From sequence record LR999871: DNA of 64,000 bases, one strand, 5' to 3'. Under the pieces are notes generated by a model. That model ran no database searches, was not told the origin of the DNA, and saw nothing but the letters and a program-made list of their open reading frames with translations. Each line of letters opens with the position of its first letter. Within the stretch, counting starts at the first letter, position 1. Position numbers and translations under genes: made by a program. Origin of the DNA: Escherichia phage vB_Eco_Jura. Shown here in pieces: positions 49,590 through 59,382 of this stretch.

Positions 49590-50732
49590 ATGTCCATGAC
49601 AGATGCTCAATTAACCCGTGAATATGACAGATGTCAGGCTAAAGCCTTTATGGGCAAAACTGCTGCATTCTTTGGTTCACTGTTATGTTCTCTGAAGTTC
49701 CGTTGGGTAAAAGATGGCTGTGATACAGCACAAACCGATGGTGAGCATCTCGAATGGAATCCTGATTGGTTTGAGAGTCTATTACCTGAATCTCGTGTAA
49801 CAGTACTCATGCATGAACTATGGCATGTCGGCTTACTGCATTCTGTTCGTATGGGTTCTCGTGACCCAGAAGTATGGAATTATGCCTGTGATATTTATAT
49901 CAACAATCAGCTTATTCAGGATGGCTACAGCTTTATAGGAATCGAAAATTGCTGGAAAGACCCTAAGTATGCTGGTTGGGCTGAAGAACAAATCTATGAT
50001 GACCTCATGAGCAAACAGATACGTCCTCCTAAAGCATCAGGTGCTTTTGGGACTGGCTCAGGTGGTGACATGAAACCTTCCACTTCGAAGGCTAGTCAGG
50101 TGAATATTGTCAATAATGTAGTAAGAGCCATGCACCAACAGAAACTATCTGGTGGTTCTTTGCCTGGGGTATTACCTGGAAAAATGGAAGAAGTTATTAC
50201 TCAATTCCTGAAACCAGTAGTACCGTGGCAGGTTTTACTTGAACGCTTCTTCAATGACCTGCAAGAAACTTACTACTCATGGCAACGGCCTAATCGTAGA
50301 TACCCTGATATGTACCTACCATCCCCTATGGATGATGACGGTAGACTGGAACATCTGGCTTATTTCCTCGATACATCTGGCTCCATTAAACCTAAAGATG
50401 CTTTACGCTTTAGCTCTGAAGTGGCCTATGTAAAAGAGAAATATCAGCCTCAGAAGATGACTCTAGTTCAGTTCACTACAGAGATTGTAGATGAACAAGT
50501 CGTTGAAGATGGTGATAAGTTTACTGATGTCACTATCAAAGGACGAGGTGGTACTAGTCTGGTTCCTGTACGTGAGTGGATTATTAAGCATAAGCCTACT
50601 GCTGCCATTATCTTTACTGACTTAGAAGTCAGACCGATGGAACCATTGCCATTTGATATTCCTGTCATATGGGTAGTTATTCGTAACCCTGGTGCACAAG
50701 TTCCATTTGGGAAAGTTATTAACATTACATGA
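49590..50732 (+). CDS. VWA-domain protein with N-terminal HExxH metallopeptidase-like module (partner of the AAA+ ATPase), 380 aa
   Basis: VLMHELWHVGLLH; C-terminal VWA/MIDAS-like LDTSGS...TDL. Confidence 0.65.
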   Translation: MSMTDAQLTREYDRCQAKAFMGKTAAFFGSLLCSLKFRWVKDGCDTAQTDGEHLEWNPDWFESLLPESRVTVLMHELWHVGLLHSVRMGSRDPEVWNYACDIYINNQLIQDGYSFIGIENCWKDPKYAGWAEEQIYDDLMSKQIRPPKASGAFGTGSGGDMKPSTSKASQVNIVNNVVRAMHQQKLSGGSLPGVLPGKMEEVITQFLKPVVPWQVLLERFFNDLQETYYSWQRPNRRYPDMYLPSPMDDDGRLEHLAYFLDTSGSIKPKDALRFSSEVAYVKEKYQPQKMTLVQFTTEIVDEQVVEDGDKFTDVTIKGRGGTSLVPVREWIIKHKPTAAIIFTDLEVRPMEPLPFDIPVIWVVIRNPGAQVPFGKVINIT

Positions 50733-50738
50733 GGTTTT

Positions 50739-51245
50739 ATGGTTGTTAATGGAAAACTATTGTTAGGTGCTATGCCCATTAAAGGCATGGTCAACAGTAA
50801 ACTCAGTTCAGGTGAGACTACGTTTGGACTGGGAGAAGCTGGTTATGACATCCGTATTAAACAGGATGTTACCTTCTACCGATTTCTTGGTTTGATTCCC
50901 TGCATCAAGATTAAGGATGAAGGAAAGACCAAGTGGAAGTTTGGCACTTTCACATTAGCTTCTGCAATGGAACGTTTCAATGTACCTGCTGGCCTAGTAG
51001 GTATTGTCCATGACAAATCTACATGGGCAAGGCGTACATTATCCGTATTCAATACCGTTATTGAACCAGGATGGTCAGGCTATCTGACTTTAGAACTGGT
51101 TTATCACGGTCGTAAAAAACTTCATATCCCTGCTGGTTCAGGTATTGCTCAGGTCATCTTCCATGAGACAGTAGAGAATACTGCTTACAATGGACGATAC
51201 CAGAACCAGCCTAATCAACCTGTAGCTGCTAAGTCAGCTCGTTAA
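50739..51245 (+). CDS. dcd: dCTP deaminase/dUTPase-superfamily protein, 168 aa
   Basis: GYDIR and EPGWSGYLTLELVYHG...GSGIAQVIFHE. Confidence 0.65.
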   Translation: MVVNGKLLLGAMPIKGMVNSKLSSGETTFGLGEAGYDIRIKQDVTFYRFLGLIPCIKIKDEGKTKWKFGTFTLASAMERFNVPAGLVGIVHDKSTWARRTLSVFNTVIEPGWSGYLTLELVYHGRKKLHIPAGSGIAQVIFHETVENTAYNGRYQNQPNQPVAAKSAR

Positions 51246-51258
51246 TTAAGGAAATATC

Positions 51259-51459
51259 ATGTCTATCTTTACTACTAAGGTTAATGGTCAAAAAGTTACT
51301 GTTGTTGCTCGTAACGTAGCTTACGTTACTGAAAACAGTGAAGGCCGTGGTGTAATTACTTTTACTAACGGCGATTCCATTGATACCCAAGTAGGTTATG
51401 ACTCTATCCGTCGTAACGTAGCTAAAGCACTTGATGGTGCTAAAGACATCGCAGAGTAA
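51259..51459 (+). CDS. Hypothetical protein, 66 aa
   Basis: ORF followed by terminators. Confidence 0.5.
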   Translation: MSIFTTKVNGQKVTVVARNVAYVTENSEGRGVITFTNGDSIDTQVGYDSIRRNVAKALDGAKDIAE

Positions 51460-51534
51460 GGTGTTTACAGTAATGGGGCTATATAGTAGCCCCATTTATG
51501 GAAATTCCTTTCTCCATTGCTTAGTCCCAACTAT

Positions 51535-51557
51535 GCCCACTTTATGTGGGCTTTTTT
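51535..51557 (+). terminator. Rho-independent terminator
   Basis: GCCCAC-tttat-GTGGGC followed by T6. Confidence 0.65.
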
Positions 51558-51572
51558 AATTAGAGACTATGT

Positions 51573-51815
51573 ATGAGCAAACTAGGTATACACGTTTACA
51601 TAGATGAAGCCGAGAAGATATACCCCTATACATTATTTAGTTCCAGTGATTTACTTCAGATGAAGGTAAACTCCATCATCGTAAACTACTGGTATAACGA
51701 TAAGAATTGGGATTACTGGGCTGCACGACAGAAGAGTAAGAACAAGAAAGATATATTCAAAAGCAAATCAACTCCACACATGTTTCCTTGGTATCACAGA
51801 AACCGGAGATATTGA
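51573..51815 (+). CDS. Hypothetical protein, 80 aa
   Basis: ORF. Confidence 0.45.
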   Translation: MSKLGIHVYIDEAEKIYPYTLFSSSDLLQMKVNSIIVNYWYNDKNWDYWAARQKSKNKKDIFKSKSTPHMFPWYHRNRRY

Positions 51816-52276
51816 TGACAAGAATACCATTTTTAAAACCCAGAAAACGAACACCAAAGCTGTATCAAAAGACTTCAGAAGACGGTTTAGCCTTGAACCA
51901 GAAAGCTATTAAGGCTGTTAGTGCACTGGTTCAAGGTAAACAGGATGCTGTTGCTTTACGTCTTGTTGTTGAGCAAATCTTAGTTGCTCTGACACTGGCT
52001 CAAGTAGCTAAACAAGAAGGTAAACAAGAAACCTGTAAAACAGCATTAGGTGCTTTGTACTGGTTGTATAAAGACCTTGCTAACAACTTTGAAATGTCTA
52101 TGGATAAGTGGCAGGGCATTTCTTGTGTACTTGCTCTTAGAGAAGGGCAGGAATTACTGTCTACTCTACCAAAAGCAGAATTTAAACTAGCCTACACTGG
52201 AGCACATAAGATTGTTCTTGGTTCCAGTAAGGACATCTTTAACCACCTCAAGCTATTCAAGGCTTTCTATGATTAA
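51815..52276 (+). CDS. Hypothetical protein, 153 aa
   Basis: Start MTRIPFLK overlapping previous stop. Confidence 0.5.
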   Translation: MTRIPFLKPRKRTPKLYQKTSEDGLALNQKAIKAVSALVQGKQDAVALRLVVEQILVALTLAQVAKQEGKQETCKTALGALYWLYKDLANNFEMSMDKWQGISCVLALREGQELLSTLPKAEFKLAYTGAHKIVLGSSKDIFNHLKLFKAFYD

Positions 52277-53210
52277 TGCAAAAATCCTCGCTGATAGTAT
52301 TACTCTTTCTGGTGACCGTCTGGTAACAATGGAGCTGGTTTATCCACGTTTCATTCATTCAGAATTTATGACTCACCGAGCACTTAATCGTAATGCTTCT
52401 AGTAGTCGTGCTATTCCTACCCAACGCCTTATTGAGCAAGTTCGTAATGAACCAGTAATGCCAGTACATTGGGGTAAGAACCAGAAAGGAATGCAGGCAA
52501 GTGAAGAACTCACTCCTATGGAAATTAAGGATGCCGAGTTCATCTGGGAAAATGCTGCCTCTGCTGCTGCTGTGTATGCTGAACAACTTCGTCGTGGACA
52601 AGTACATAAGCAGATTGTGAATCGTATTCTGGAACCATTCACGCATATCCGTGTAGTAGTGACAGCTACTCAATGGAATAACTTCTTTGGTTTACGCATT
52701 CATCCCGATGCTCAACCAGAGATTTGTGAATTGGCTACTAAGATGAAGGAACAGTATGACCAATCAAAACCCCGTACCTTGTTGGCTGGGGAATGGCATT
52801 TGCCGTACATTACTAATAGTGATTACCTCGATGCTTACGATTATTGCAAACATCAACGAATTACTCGTGATGAACCAAGTAGTGATGAGATTAATTGCCT
52901 GTTAGTAAAAATCTCTGCTGCTCGTTGTGCCCGTGCTTCCTATAACAACTTTAAAGGTACTCCTTCTACTATCGAAGAAGACCTGCGTTTGTTCTCTAAA
53001 TTGGTTGAAAGTAAGCCTGTTCACGCAAGCCCTACTGAACATCAAGCAACTCCTCAGCATGTAATGAGTAAAGGCTTAAATGAGCCTACTGACCCATCTA
53101 CATGGGAAAATGGCATTAGCCACATGGACAGAGATTTACGTTTATACTCAGGTAATCTGTGTGGCTGGATTCAATTCCGTAAGCTGCTTGCAGATGAATG
53201 CATCCACTAA
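52269..53210 (+). CDS. thyX: Flavin-dependent thymidylate synthase (ThyX)-like, 313 aa
   Basis: PRFIHSEFMTHRALNRNASSSRA resembles the ThyX RHR-x7-S signature region. Confidence 0.5.
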   Translation: MINAKILADSITLSGDRLVTMELVYPRFIHSEFMTHRALNRNASSSRAIPTQRLIEQVRNEPVMPVHWGKNQKGMQASEELTPMEIKDAEFIWENAASAAAVYAEQLRRGQVHKQIVNRILEPFTHIRVVVTATQWNNFFGLRIHPDAQPEICELATKMKEQYDQSKPRTLLAGEWHLPYITNSDYLDAYDYCKHQRITRDEPSSDEINCLLVKISAARCARASYNNFKGTPSTIEEDLRLFSKLVESKPVHASPTEHQATPQHVMSKGLNEPTDPSTWENGISHMDRDLRLYSGNLCGWIQFRKLLADECIH

Positions 53211-53255
53211 GTAGGTCTTTTGTGGGTGTAGACCACTCATAATAAACTCCGCTAT

Positions 53256-53284
53256 TTGCCTCCTACATGGAGGCAATTTTTTTG
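53256..53284 (+). terminator. Rho-independent terminator
   Basis: TTGCCTCC-tacat-GGAGGCAA followed by T8. Confidence 0.65.
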
Positions 53285-53307
53285 ATTCCATGTACATAGG
53301 AGGCTAT

Positions 53308-53541
53308 ATGGCTAAACCACGTAAATTCCGTATTAAGGATAAGCCTGTAATGGGTAGTGCTGCTGGTCAGTCACATGAGAAAGGAGACATTGTTTATGAA
53401 TGCCTTCAGTATGATTACGGCGTTGCTCATGATGACACTCGTGCTACTGGTGTCCCACATACCTCAGTAACTCTTGAGGAAGATGGTAGTTACCCATTCT
53501 TCACTGTTCCTACTCATAACCTGGAAGAAATTCATGATTGA
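53308..53541 (+). CDS. Hypothetical protein, 77 aa
   Basis: Start MAKPRKF with GGAGG RBS. Confidence 0.45.
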   Translation: MAKPRKFRIKDKPVMGSAAGQSHEKGDIVYECLQYDYGVAHDDTRATGVPHTSVTLEEDGSYPFFTVPTHNLEEIHD

Positions 53542-53860
53542 CCCAAATATCATCCATGCCAAAACAGGCGAATCCCATAAGCTGTCTGAATATTCCAAAG
53601 TAGAAGATATTGCAGTTTGTCCTGCAAATATTGCTTCTCTTTGTATCTGTATTGCAGAGCTATCTAAAGAACGCCAACTATGGTTATCTCCTAATAAAAC
53701 AATGGTTCAGGCAGGTCTGGCAGAAGTACAACGTATGCTGGATGAATGGTCTGAAGACCAGATGTTCATTGATGGCAATGCAGAAGCAATAACCGATGAC
53801 ATGGCCTCTGATATGGCTGTGTTTGTATTACAAGCAATGGCTGAAAAGCGTAGTAGTTAA
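53534..53860 (+). CDS. Hypothetical protein, 108 aa
   Basis: Start MIDPNIIHAK overlapping previous stop. Confidence 0.5.
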   Translation: MIDPNIIHAKTGESHKLSEYSKVEDIAVCPANIASLCICIAELSKERQLWLSPNKTMVQAGLAEVQRMLDEWSEDQMFIDGNAEAITDDMASDMAVFVLQAMAEKRSS

Positions 53861-53885
53861 TTAATAATTTACTGGAGAAAATTCG

Positions 53886-56411
53886 ATGCAAGTAGCTGAC
53901 TCTACTGAACTGACCACATCAGCAACGTTGGGTGCTCAAGATGCTATGGCCTTCGGTATTTCTGAAGACCCAGCATTCTTCCAAATACTCAGTGCTAACC
54001 TCTATTCTAATCAGAAACTGGCAATGGTACGTGAGACATTGTGCAATAGCTGGGATGCTCATATTGAGGGGAATAAAACAGATATTCCTATTCGTGTAAC
54101 CATTGATAAAGATGGTTTTCTTATCTTCCGTGACTATGGTTCTGGTATTCCTAAAGATAAGATTCAAGAAGTCTATGGGGTATATGGTGCATCTACCAAG
54201 AAAGCTAATACTGCTTCCACTGGTGGCTTTGGCTTAGGATGTAAATCCCCTATGGCCTATACAGACAGTTTTACTGTCACATCTATGTGTGACGGAACCA
54301 AGACTGTTTATCACATTGCTAAATCTTCTGTTGAGACTAACGGTAAACCAGGGATTATTCCTATCGTTAGCGTACCTACTGAAGAATCAGGGCTTGAAGT
54401 TAAAATTCAGCTTCAGTCAGAAGATATTTTAGAAATTGATTCATACATTCGAGCCATTGTATTACATGGTGAGATTAAATGTATTTACTGCAATCAGTAT
54501 ACAGGACCAAATACAGTAGAATTACTGCCTGTACTGGGTATGTCTTTTGAACCAGGTAGCTATAACCTAGACCATAGCACATGGCATAAATATTACATGG
54601 GCAGTCATTCAATATTTATCCGTTATGGTAATGTTATGTACCCTGCTTTGGATACCCCTGCTACACATGAAGCATTAAAACTGGTTAAACAGTTTATGCA
54701 GGTTATTAACTGTAGCCGTATCGTTGTTCAAGCTGCCCCATCATCACTAGCTGTAGCACCTAGCCGTGAAACACTGTCATCTCAAAAAATGACCGAAGAC
54801 GGTATCGTAAATTTGGCTGTAGCTTTAGTAGATAAAATGGAAGCAGATATTAAAGCTCGTCTTCCAAATGCTATTGAATATATTGGAAAAGCTATTAAAG
54901 AATATAGCCCTCACCGTTTTGAGGTAAATAGTTATTTGCCTTACACCAATTTAGTGCCTGATGTTATTGTCAGTCGTTATATGTCCTCTACTTTATTCAG
55001 TAAGCAATATGCTCACCTGTGTAAGAAATGGGGGAATATGGAGATTGACCGTCAACTTGAACATCCTGCACTGGCTCATTTCTCTGGTTCTCAAAAAGCC
55101 CATCTCCGTAAGCATTTAAAGAGGGCTAAGGATTTACGTAATTACAGGGAATTAACTAAAGTATTTACTGATATGGCTATTAAGCCGATGTTCAAAACCT
55201 TTGCTAAATTAGGGATTACTAAAGGTATTTCTCTATTTCACTATCAATATGGTGTTGAACTGTGGCGTAATAATATTGTTAATAGTGTCCGTAGAATACA
55301 CTCATTAAACTTCATGACTTATAGTTCTAAGAAGTGCCGTGTATTTGTTACCCCACGTATTACCAATATTGAAGATAGTCTGGTTGGGTATCCAGAGTTT
55401 GATAATCTTTCTACTGAGACACTGGTGAAATATAACTCAATCATTGTCAAAGTTGGAACCAAGAAAGGTGAAGCAGAAGCTATGACTAATCTGCTCACTA
55501 AAGCAGGATACGAAGTCATTAATATGGCTGAATATCATGAGTGGGATTGTATAGCTCGTAGACGTAAAGAGGAACAAGAGGCTAAATTAGCCATTTCCAA
55601 ATTACAAGCTAAGAAAGCTACTAATAAGAAAAAGGTTAGTCCTAATCGTCTTATTAGTATGAATATCCTTGAAATACCAAAAGAGCATCGTAGCTATTCG
55701 AGTGAAGTATGTGGTTCTCACTACGCTTCTCGTTCTCATGACCGAATGGTTGATGTAGATACTCCCCAGTATTACATCATACAGGAAGATATTAATAACT
55801 ACACAGGAAGACTTGGTGTTCTTTCTATGTGGCAATTAACCCCTGCTACCATTAAAGATGTGACTGTTGTTTGTCGTAATAAAATTGAACGTAATAAAGC
55901 TATTAAGCGAGGTGCTGTTCATTTGGATGAATGGACTGCTCCGTATATTGCTTCAGTTCTTACATCCAAACAATTCATTAAGTATGTCACTAAAGAACGT
56001 CAGAAAACGTTAAGTGATATTGGTATTTACTCCAAACACCTCAGATTACTGAGAAAACTAGATATTACATATGCCCCATTGAAAGGTCTGCGTTATGACC
56101 CAGAACTGGAGAATGCTTATCTCTTCTTACAAAGTAGTAGCTACCCTAAGCTACGTGCATTGTTAGGGAAGGGTCTGATTACTGAAGAAGAGTATCACTT
56201 CCTCAGTGATGTTGATGTGCATTGCAAGACTTTCAGTAAGTACTCGGAACTTCGTAGGATACCGAAGATGTTCCTTGATATTGATGCTGGGGGTTATATG
56301 TTGGCTGCATGTACTGTAGACACATTGCTTCGTGAAATCGAACAATTCCCTGAATCAATCCCTGCAATCAAACTGCTTGTAAAAGCTGCTCTTAAACGGA
56401 ATACAGACTGA
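53886..56411 (+). CDS. rIIA: rIIA-like protein with N-terminal GHKL (histidine kinase-type) ATPase domain, 841 aa
   Basis: Bergerat N-box ETLCNSWDA and G1 box FRDYGSGIP; size and pairing fit rIIA-like proteins. Confidence 0.55.
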   Translation: MQVADSTELTTSATLGAQDAMAFGISEDPAFFQILSANLYSNQKLAMVRETLCNSWDAHIEGNKTDIPIRVTIDKDGFLIFRDYGSGIPKDKIQEVYGVYGASTKKANTASTGGFGLGCKSPMAYTDSFTVTSMCDGTKTVYHIAKSSVETNGKPGIIPIVSVPTEESGLEVKIQLQSEDILEIDSYIRAIVLHGEIKCIYCNQYTGPNTVELLPVLGMSFEPGSYNLDHSTWHKYYMGSHSIFIRYGNVMYPALDTPATHEALKLVKQFMQVINCSRIVVQAAPSSLAVAPSRETLSSQKMTEDGIVNLAVALVDKMEADIKARLPNAIEYIGKAIKEYSPHRFEVNSYLPYTNLVPDVIVSRYMSSTLFSKQYAHLCKKWGNMEIDRQLEHPALAHFSGSQKAHLRKHLKRAKDLRNYRELTKVFTDMAIKPMFKTFAKLGITKGISLFHYQYGVELWRNNIVNSVRRIHSLNFMTYSSKKCRVFVTPRITNIEDSLVGYPEFDNLSTETLVKYNSIIVKVGTKKGEAEAMTNLLTKAGYEVINMAEYHEWDCIARRRKEEQEAKLAISKLQAKKATNKKKVSPNRLISMNILEIPKEHRSYSSEVCGSHYASRSHDRMVDVDTPQYYIIQEDINNYTGRLGVLSMWQLTPATIKDVTVVCRNKIERNKAIKRGAVHLDEWTAPYIASVLTSKQFIKYVTKERQKTLSDIGIYSKHLRLLRKLDITYAPLKGLRYDPELENAYLFLQSSSYPKLRALLGKGLITEEEYHFLSDVDVHCKTFSKYSELRRIPKMFLDIDAGGYMLAACTVDTLLREIEQFPESIPAIKLLVKAALKRNTD

Positions 56412-58501
56412 TGAAACGAAATTATCTCGCCATTATTGCCCTGTCAGTAGACAGCCGTAACCTCACCTTATGGCAACCAGATGGTTCTACTATGGTCATC
56501 CCCCAAGGGGATGCCCGTGTACCACGTATTGTTGCTGAAGCAAAAGAAAAGAATCTTACCCCAGGTAAGATTATCGAAGTGGATGTCACTATCGAAGCTC
56601 AGATTCGTCAGGAGTTTCTGGACGCTGAACGTGATACAGGTGGCTTTGTTAAATTCTTCCGTATTACTAAGAAGAAGCTACAAGAGTTCTTCTTAGGAGA
56701 AGAGGAAGAACAAGTCCCTCATGTATCACCTGTAGAGTTAGGTGCTAAACCAACTGCTTTCAATGCTTTTATTGCTAATGCTGTGGGCAAAACTCTTGCT
56801 GTACAACATGCATCATTAAAAGCACCTGAACCAGAAATGACAGTTACTCATGAGCGTTTTTACGGTAACTATGCTGTATGGATTACAGATGTAGACCCAC
56901 GGAATCATCGTATTGAGGTTATTCATGTTATCCGTGAAATCTCAGGAAGAACCAGTGAATATGTCAATAACCTGCTGGCTCAACCAACCCCATTCAAAGT
57001 ATTTGATTGGCTCACAGAGACTCAGGCTAAAGAGTTTGTAAGACGTTTGAATAACACTCAGGGTGTTATCTCTGTCTATAACAAACTGGAAGACGGTATT
57101 CCTGCTAAGGTTGCTGTAAAGGCCACAGAGCCAACCAATAAGGAAAAGCTAGAAGCTGCATCAACTAAGCTGAAAGCTATGGGTGCTGTCGCTACTGATG
57201 CTTATGAGTTTCATACTGACTTGAATGAGAATGAAGAGACTATCGTAGCTGTAGTGAATGATAAGGTGGTTCCTGATGTTCAGAACCTACACCGTCACAT
57301 CCGTCAATCTGCAAACCTGAAAGACTATAAAGGCTTTACTAAGTTCCTTGAACGTCTGTCTACTGTAATTGATAAACGTCGTCACTCTGTTGAAGACCTG
57401 ATGAAGTTTATGGAAAAAGGTGACCTGCCAATTGCAGATGATGGCTCCATTGTTATCTTCAAACGTCTGGAAAGCAAAGACAATCCTGAACATCTCAAAG
57501 ACGTAATGGATGATGTATTTGTTGATTGCCATTCTAAGAAGATTGAGCAATGCGTTGGTATGCGTGTAATGGTTAAAGAAAACCTTGTAGACCAGAACCG
57601 TCGTAAAGACTGTTCTCATGGTTTGCACGTAGCTTCTCTGCAATACATTCGTAATTTCTCAGGCAACGTAACCATTATTGGTAAAGTTGCTCCAGAGGAT
57701 GTATTTGCAGTACCAGAATACGATGTTACTAAGATGCGTGTATCTGCTTATCACATCATTACCAAGCTACCTGATGCTATTCGTGACCATGTTAATAATG
57801 GCAATCCAATCTCCACCATTGAGGGTGGTACGGAAATCCTGAACATGGTTCTCAGTGGTAATCACCCCGAACCTTCCCGTCAGGTGCTGGTTGGTGGTCA
57901 TTATGGAACCAATCTGACTTATTCAGAACTCACCCGTAATTATCTGGATGATGATGAAGACAGCGTTATTCCAGATGAACCGGTAATTAAGAAAACTGCC
58001 TTGAATATGGAAGAGAGCTTTACGGCAACTAATCCTAAAGCTGAACCAGTGAAGGCAACGGATGTTAAACCTATTAAGAAGACTAAGATGGAAATTCTTA
58101 AAGACCTTTGGAACCAGTTCCTGAAAGCAGAGACTTCTAATGAAGCTATTACACTGGCTGATGAAATCATTGCTGCTAAGGGCAAATGTAAGAAGTCATG
58201 GGCTTCTTTAGGCTTCAGTGGTGACATGGTTCAGAAACTGATTGATGCTCGTGCTAATAAGCCTAAGCCAGAAAAAGCAGTCAAACAGGATAAAACTGTT
58301 GCACCTAAGAAAACTACAGTCACTCGTAGTCGGAATGCTGATGTTATTCGTAGTTATCTGAATGACGAGGGTATGTCTGATTACTGTAAAGCTCATGCCA
58401 TTCACGATGTGAAACGTGCTGCTAAGAAATCTTATGCTGCACTGGGTCTGACTCCTGAAGAATGCAGCCAAATTGATAAACTGAAGCATCACCTGAAGTA
58501 A
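56411..58501 (+). CDS. rIIB: rIIB-like protein (partner of rIIA-like), 696 aa
   Basis: Start overlaps rIIA stop (ATGA); assignment by pairing and size only. Confidence 0.4.
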   Translation: MKRNYLAIIALSVDSRNLTLWQPDGSTMVIPQGDARVPRIVAEAKEKNLTPGKIIEVDVTIEAQIRQEFLDAERDTGGFVKFFRITKKKLQEFFLGEEEEQVPHVSPVELGAKPTAFNAFIANAVGKTLAVQHASLKAPEPEMTVTHERFYGNYAVWITDVDPRNHRIEVIHVIREISGRTSEYVNNLLAQPTPFKVFDWLTETQAKEFVRRLNNTQGVISVYNKLEDGIPAKVAVKATEPTNKEKLEAASTKLKAMGAVATDAYEFHTDLNENEETIVAVVNDKVVPDVQNLHRHIRQSANLKDYKGFTKFLERLSTVIDKRRHSVEDLMKFMEKGDLPIADDGSIVIFKRLESKDNPEHLKDVMDDVFVDCHSKKIEQCVGMRVMVKENLVDQNRRKDCSHGLHVASLQYIRNFSGNVTIIGKVAPEDVFAVPEYDVTKMRVSAYHIITKLPDAIRDHVNNGNPISTIEGGTEILNMVLSGNHPEPSRQVLVGGHYGTNLTYSELTRNYLDDDEDSVIPDEPVIKKTALNMEESFTATNPKAEPVKATDVKPIKKTKMEILKDLWNQFLKAETSNEAITLADEIIAAKGKCKKSWASLGFSGDMVQKLIDARANKPKPEKAVKQDKTVAPKKTTVTRSRNADVIRSYLNDEGMSDYCKAHAIHDVKRAAKKSYAALGLTPEECSQIDKLKHHLK

Positions 58502-58568
58502 GTAGGTTAACTATTCAAGTAGCTCCGGTTGAAATATACTGGAGCTATCTTTGAAGAGGATACATACT

Positions 58569-58964
58569 ATGGCCAAAGTTTATCGTGCTAACCGTAAAGC
58601 CCATGATGACGATATTATTCGTATGAATGCAGTCGGTTTATCATTGGGAACCATTGCTAAAACACTAGGTGTTCACCCCACTACAGTTACCTTACGATTA
58701 CGCTCTCTTGGTATTGAACCAGCCGACACACGTCGAACATTTATGGAGAACGTATTAGCACCATTACCTACTCACGTAGCTGATTGGTTATCGGAACAAG
58801 TAGGACCAAAGTATGAGATTCGACAATACGTTCGAGACTTATTACTGGAAGCCTACAATAATCGTCATAATCATAAGGAAACTGCCCATGAACGATTCCT
58901 CAAAAGATACGTTGGTACAAACTCAGAACTGGTTTCTGAAGGCAGTACCCAACCCAACGAGTAA
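58569..58964 (+). CDS. Helix-turn-helix DNA-binding protein, 131 aa
   Basis: HTH-like LSLGTIAKTLGVHPTTVTLRLRSLG; start MAKVYRA with GAAGAGGA RBS. Confidence 0.5.
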   Translation: MAKVYRANRKAHDDDIIRMNAVGLSLGTIAKTLGVHPTTVTLRLRSLGIEPADTRRTFMENVLAPLPTHVADWLSEQVGPKYEIRQYVRDLLLEAYNNRHNHKETAHERFLKRYVGTNSELVSEGSTQPNE

Positions 58965-59340
58965 AAACATTAGTACCCAGATTGGTTGCCATCTGGAAGA
59001 AGTAGCAGAAATGCTAGAAGCAATATGCAGCGTCTACAAGGAAGACGATAAGAAAATAGCTTATCTGAGAGAAGCCATTGTTCATGTAGCAGACCTCATT
59101 AAACAAAATGGGGGTATTGCTGTGAAAGACCCAAATGATCTTTTAGATAGTATTGCTGACCAGATTGTTACAGCAACTGGCGTCGGTACTTTCTTGGGTA
59201 TGAACGTACCTGGAGCACTCACTGAAGTGAACCGTTCTAATTATTCAAAATTTGAAGACGGTGAGCCTGTTTTCGATGAGAATAAGAAAGTAATGAAAGG
59301 TAAGGATTATACTCCGCCTGATTTAACCCCATTCATTTAA
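58888..59340 (+). CDS. MazG-like nucleotide pyrophosphohydrolase candidate, 150 aa
   Basis: HLEEVAEMLEA (EExxE) and ALTEVNRSNYSKF; AAGGAA RBS 7 nt upstream of ATG 58888; overlaps previous gene by 77 nt. Confidence 0.4.
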   Translation: MNDSSKDTLVQTQNWFLKAVPNPTSKNISTQIGCHLEEVAEMLEAICSVYKEDDKKIAYLREAIVHVADLIKQNGGIAVKDPNDLLDSIADQIVTATGVGTFLGMNVPGALTEVNRSNYSKFEDGEPVFDENKKVMKGKDYTPPDLTPFI

Positions 59341-59343
59341 AAG

Positions 59344-59368
59344 AGCCGCCCATATAGGGCGGTTTTTG
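59344..59368 (+). terminator. Rho-independent terminator
   Basis: GCCGCCC-atata-GGGCGG followed by TTTTT. Confidence 0.65.
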
Positions 59369-59382
59369 TATCTGGAGAACTC

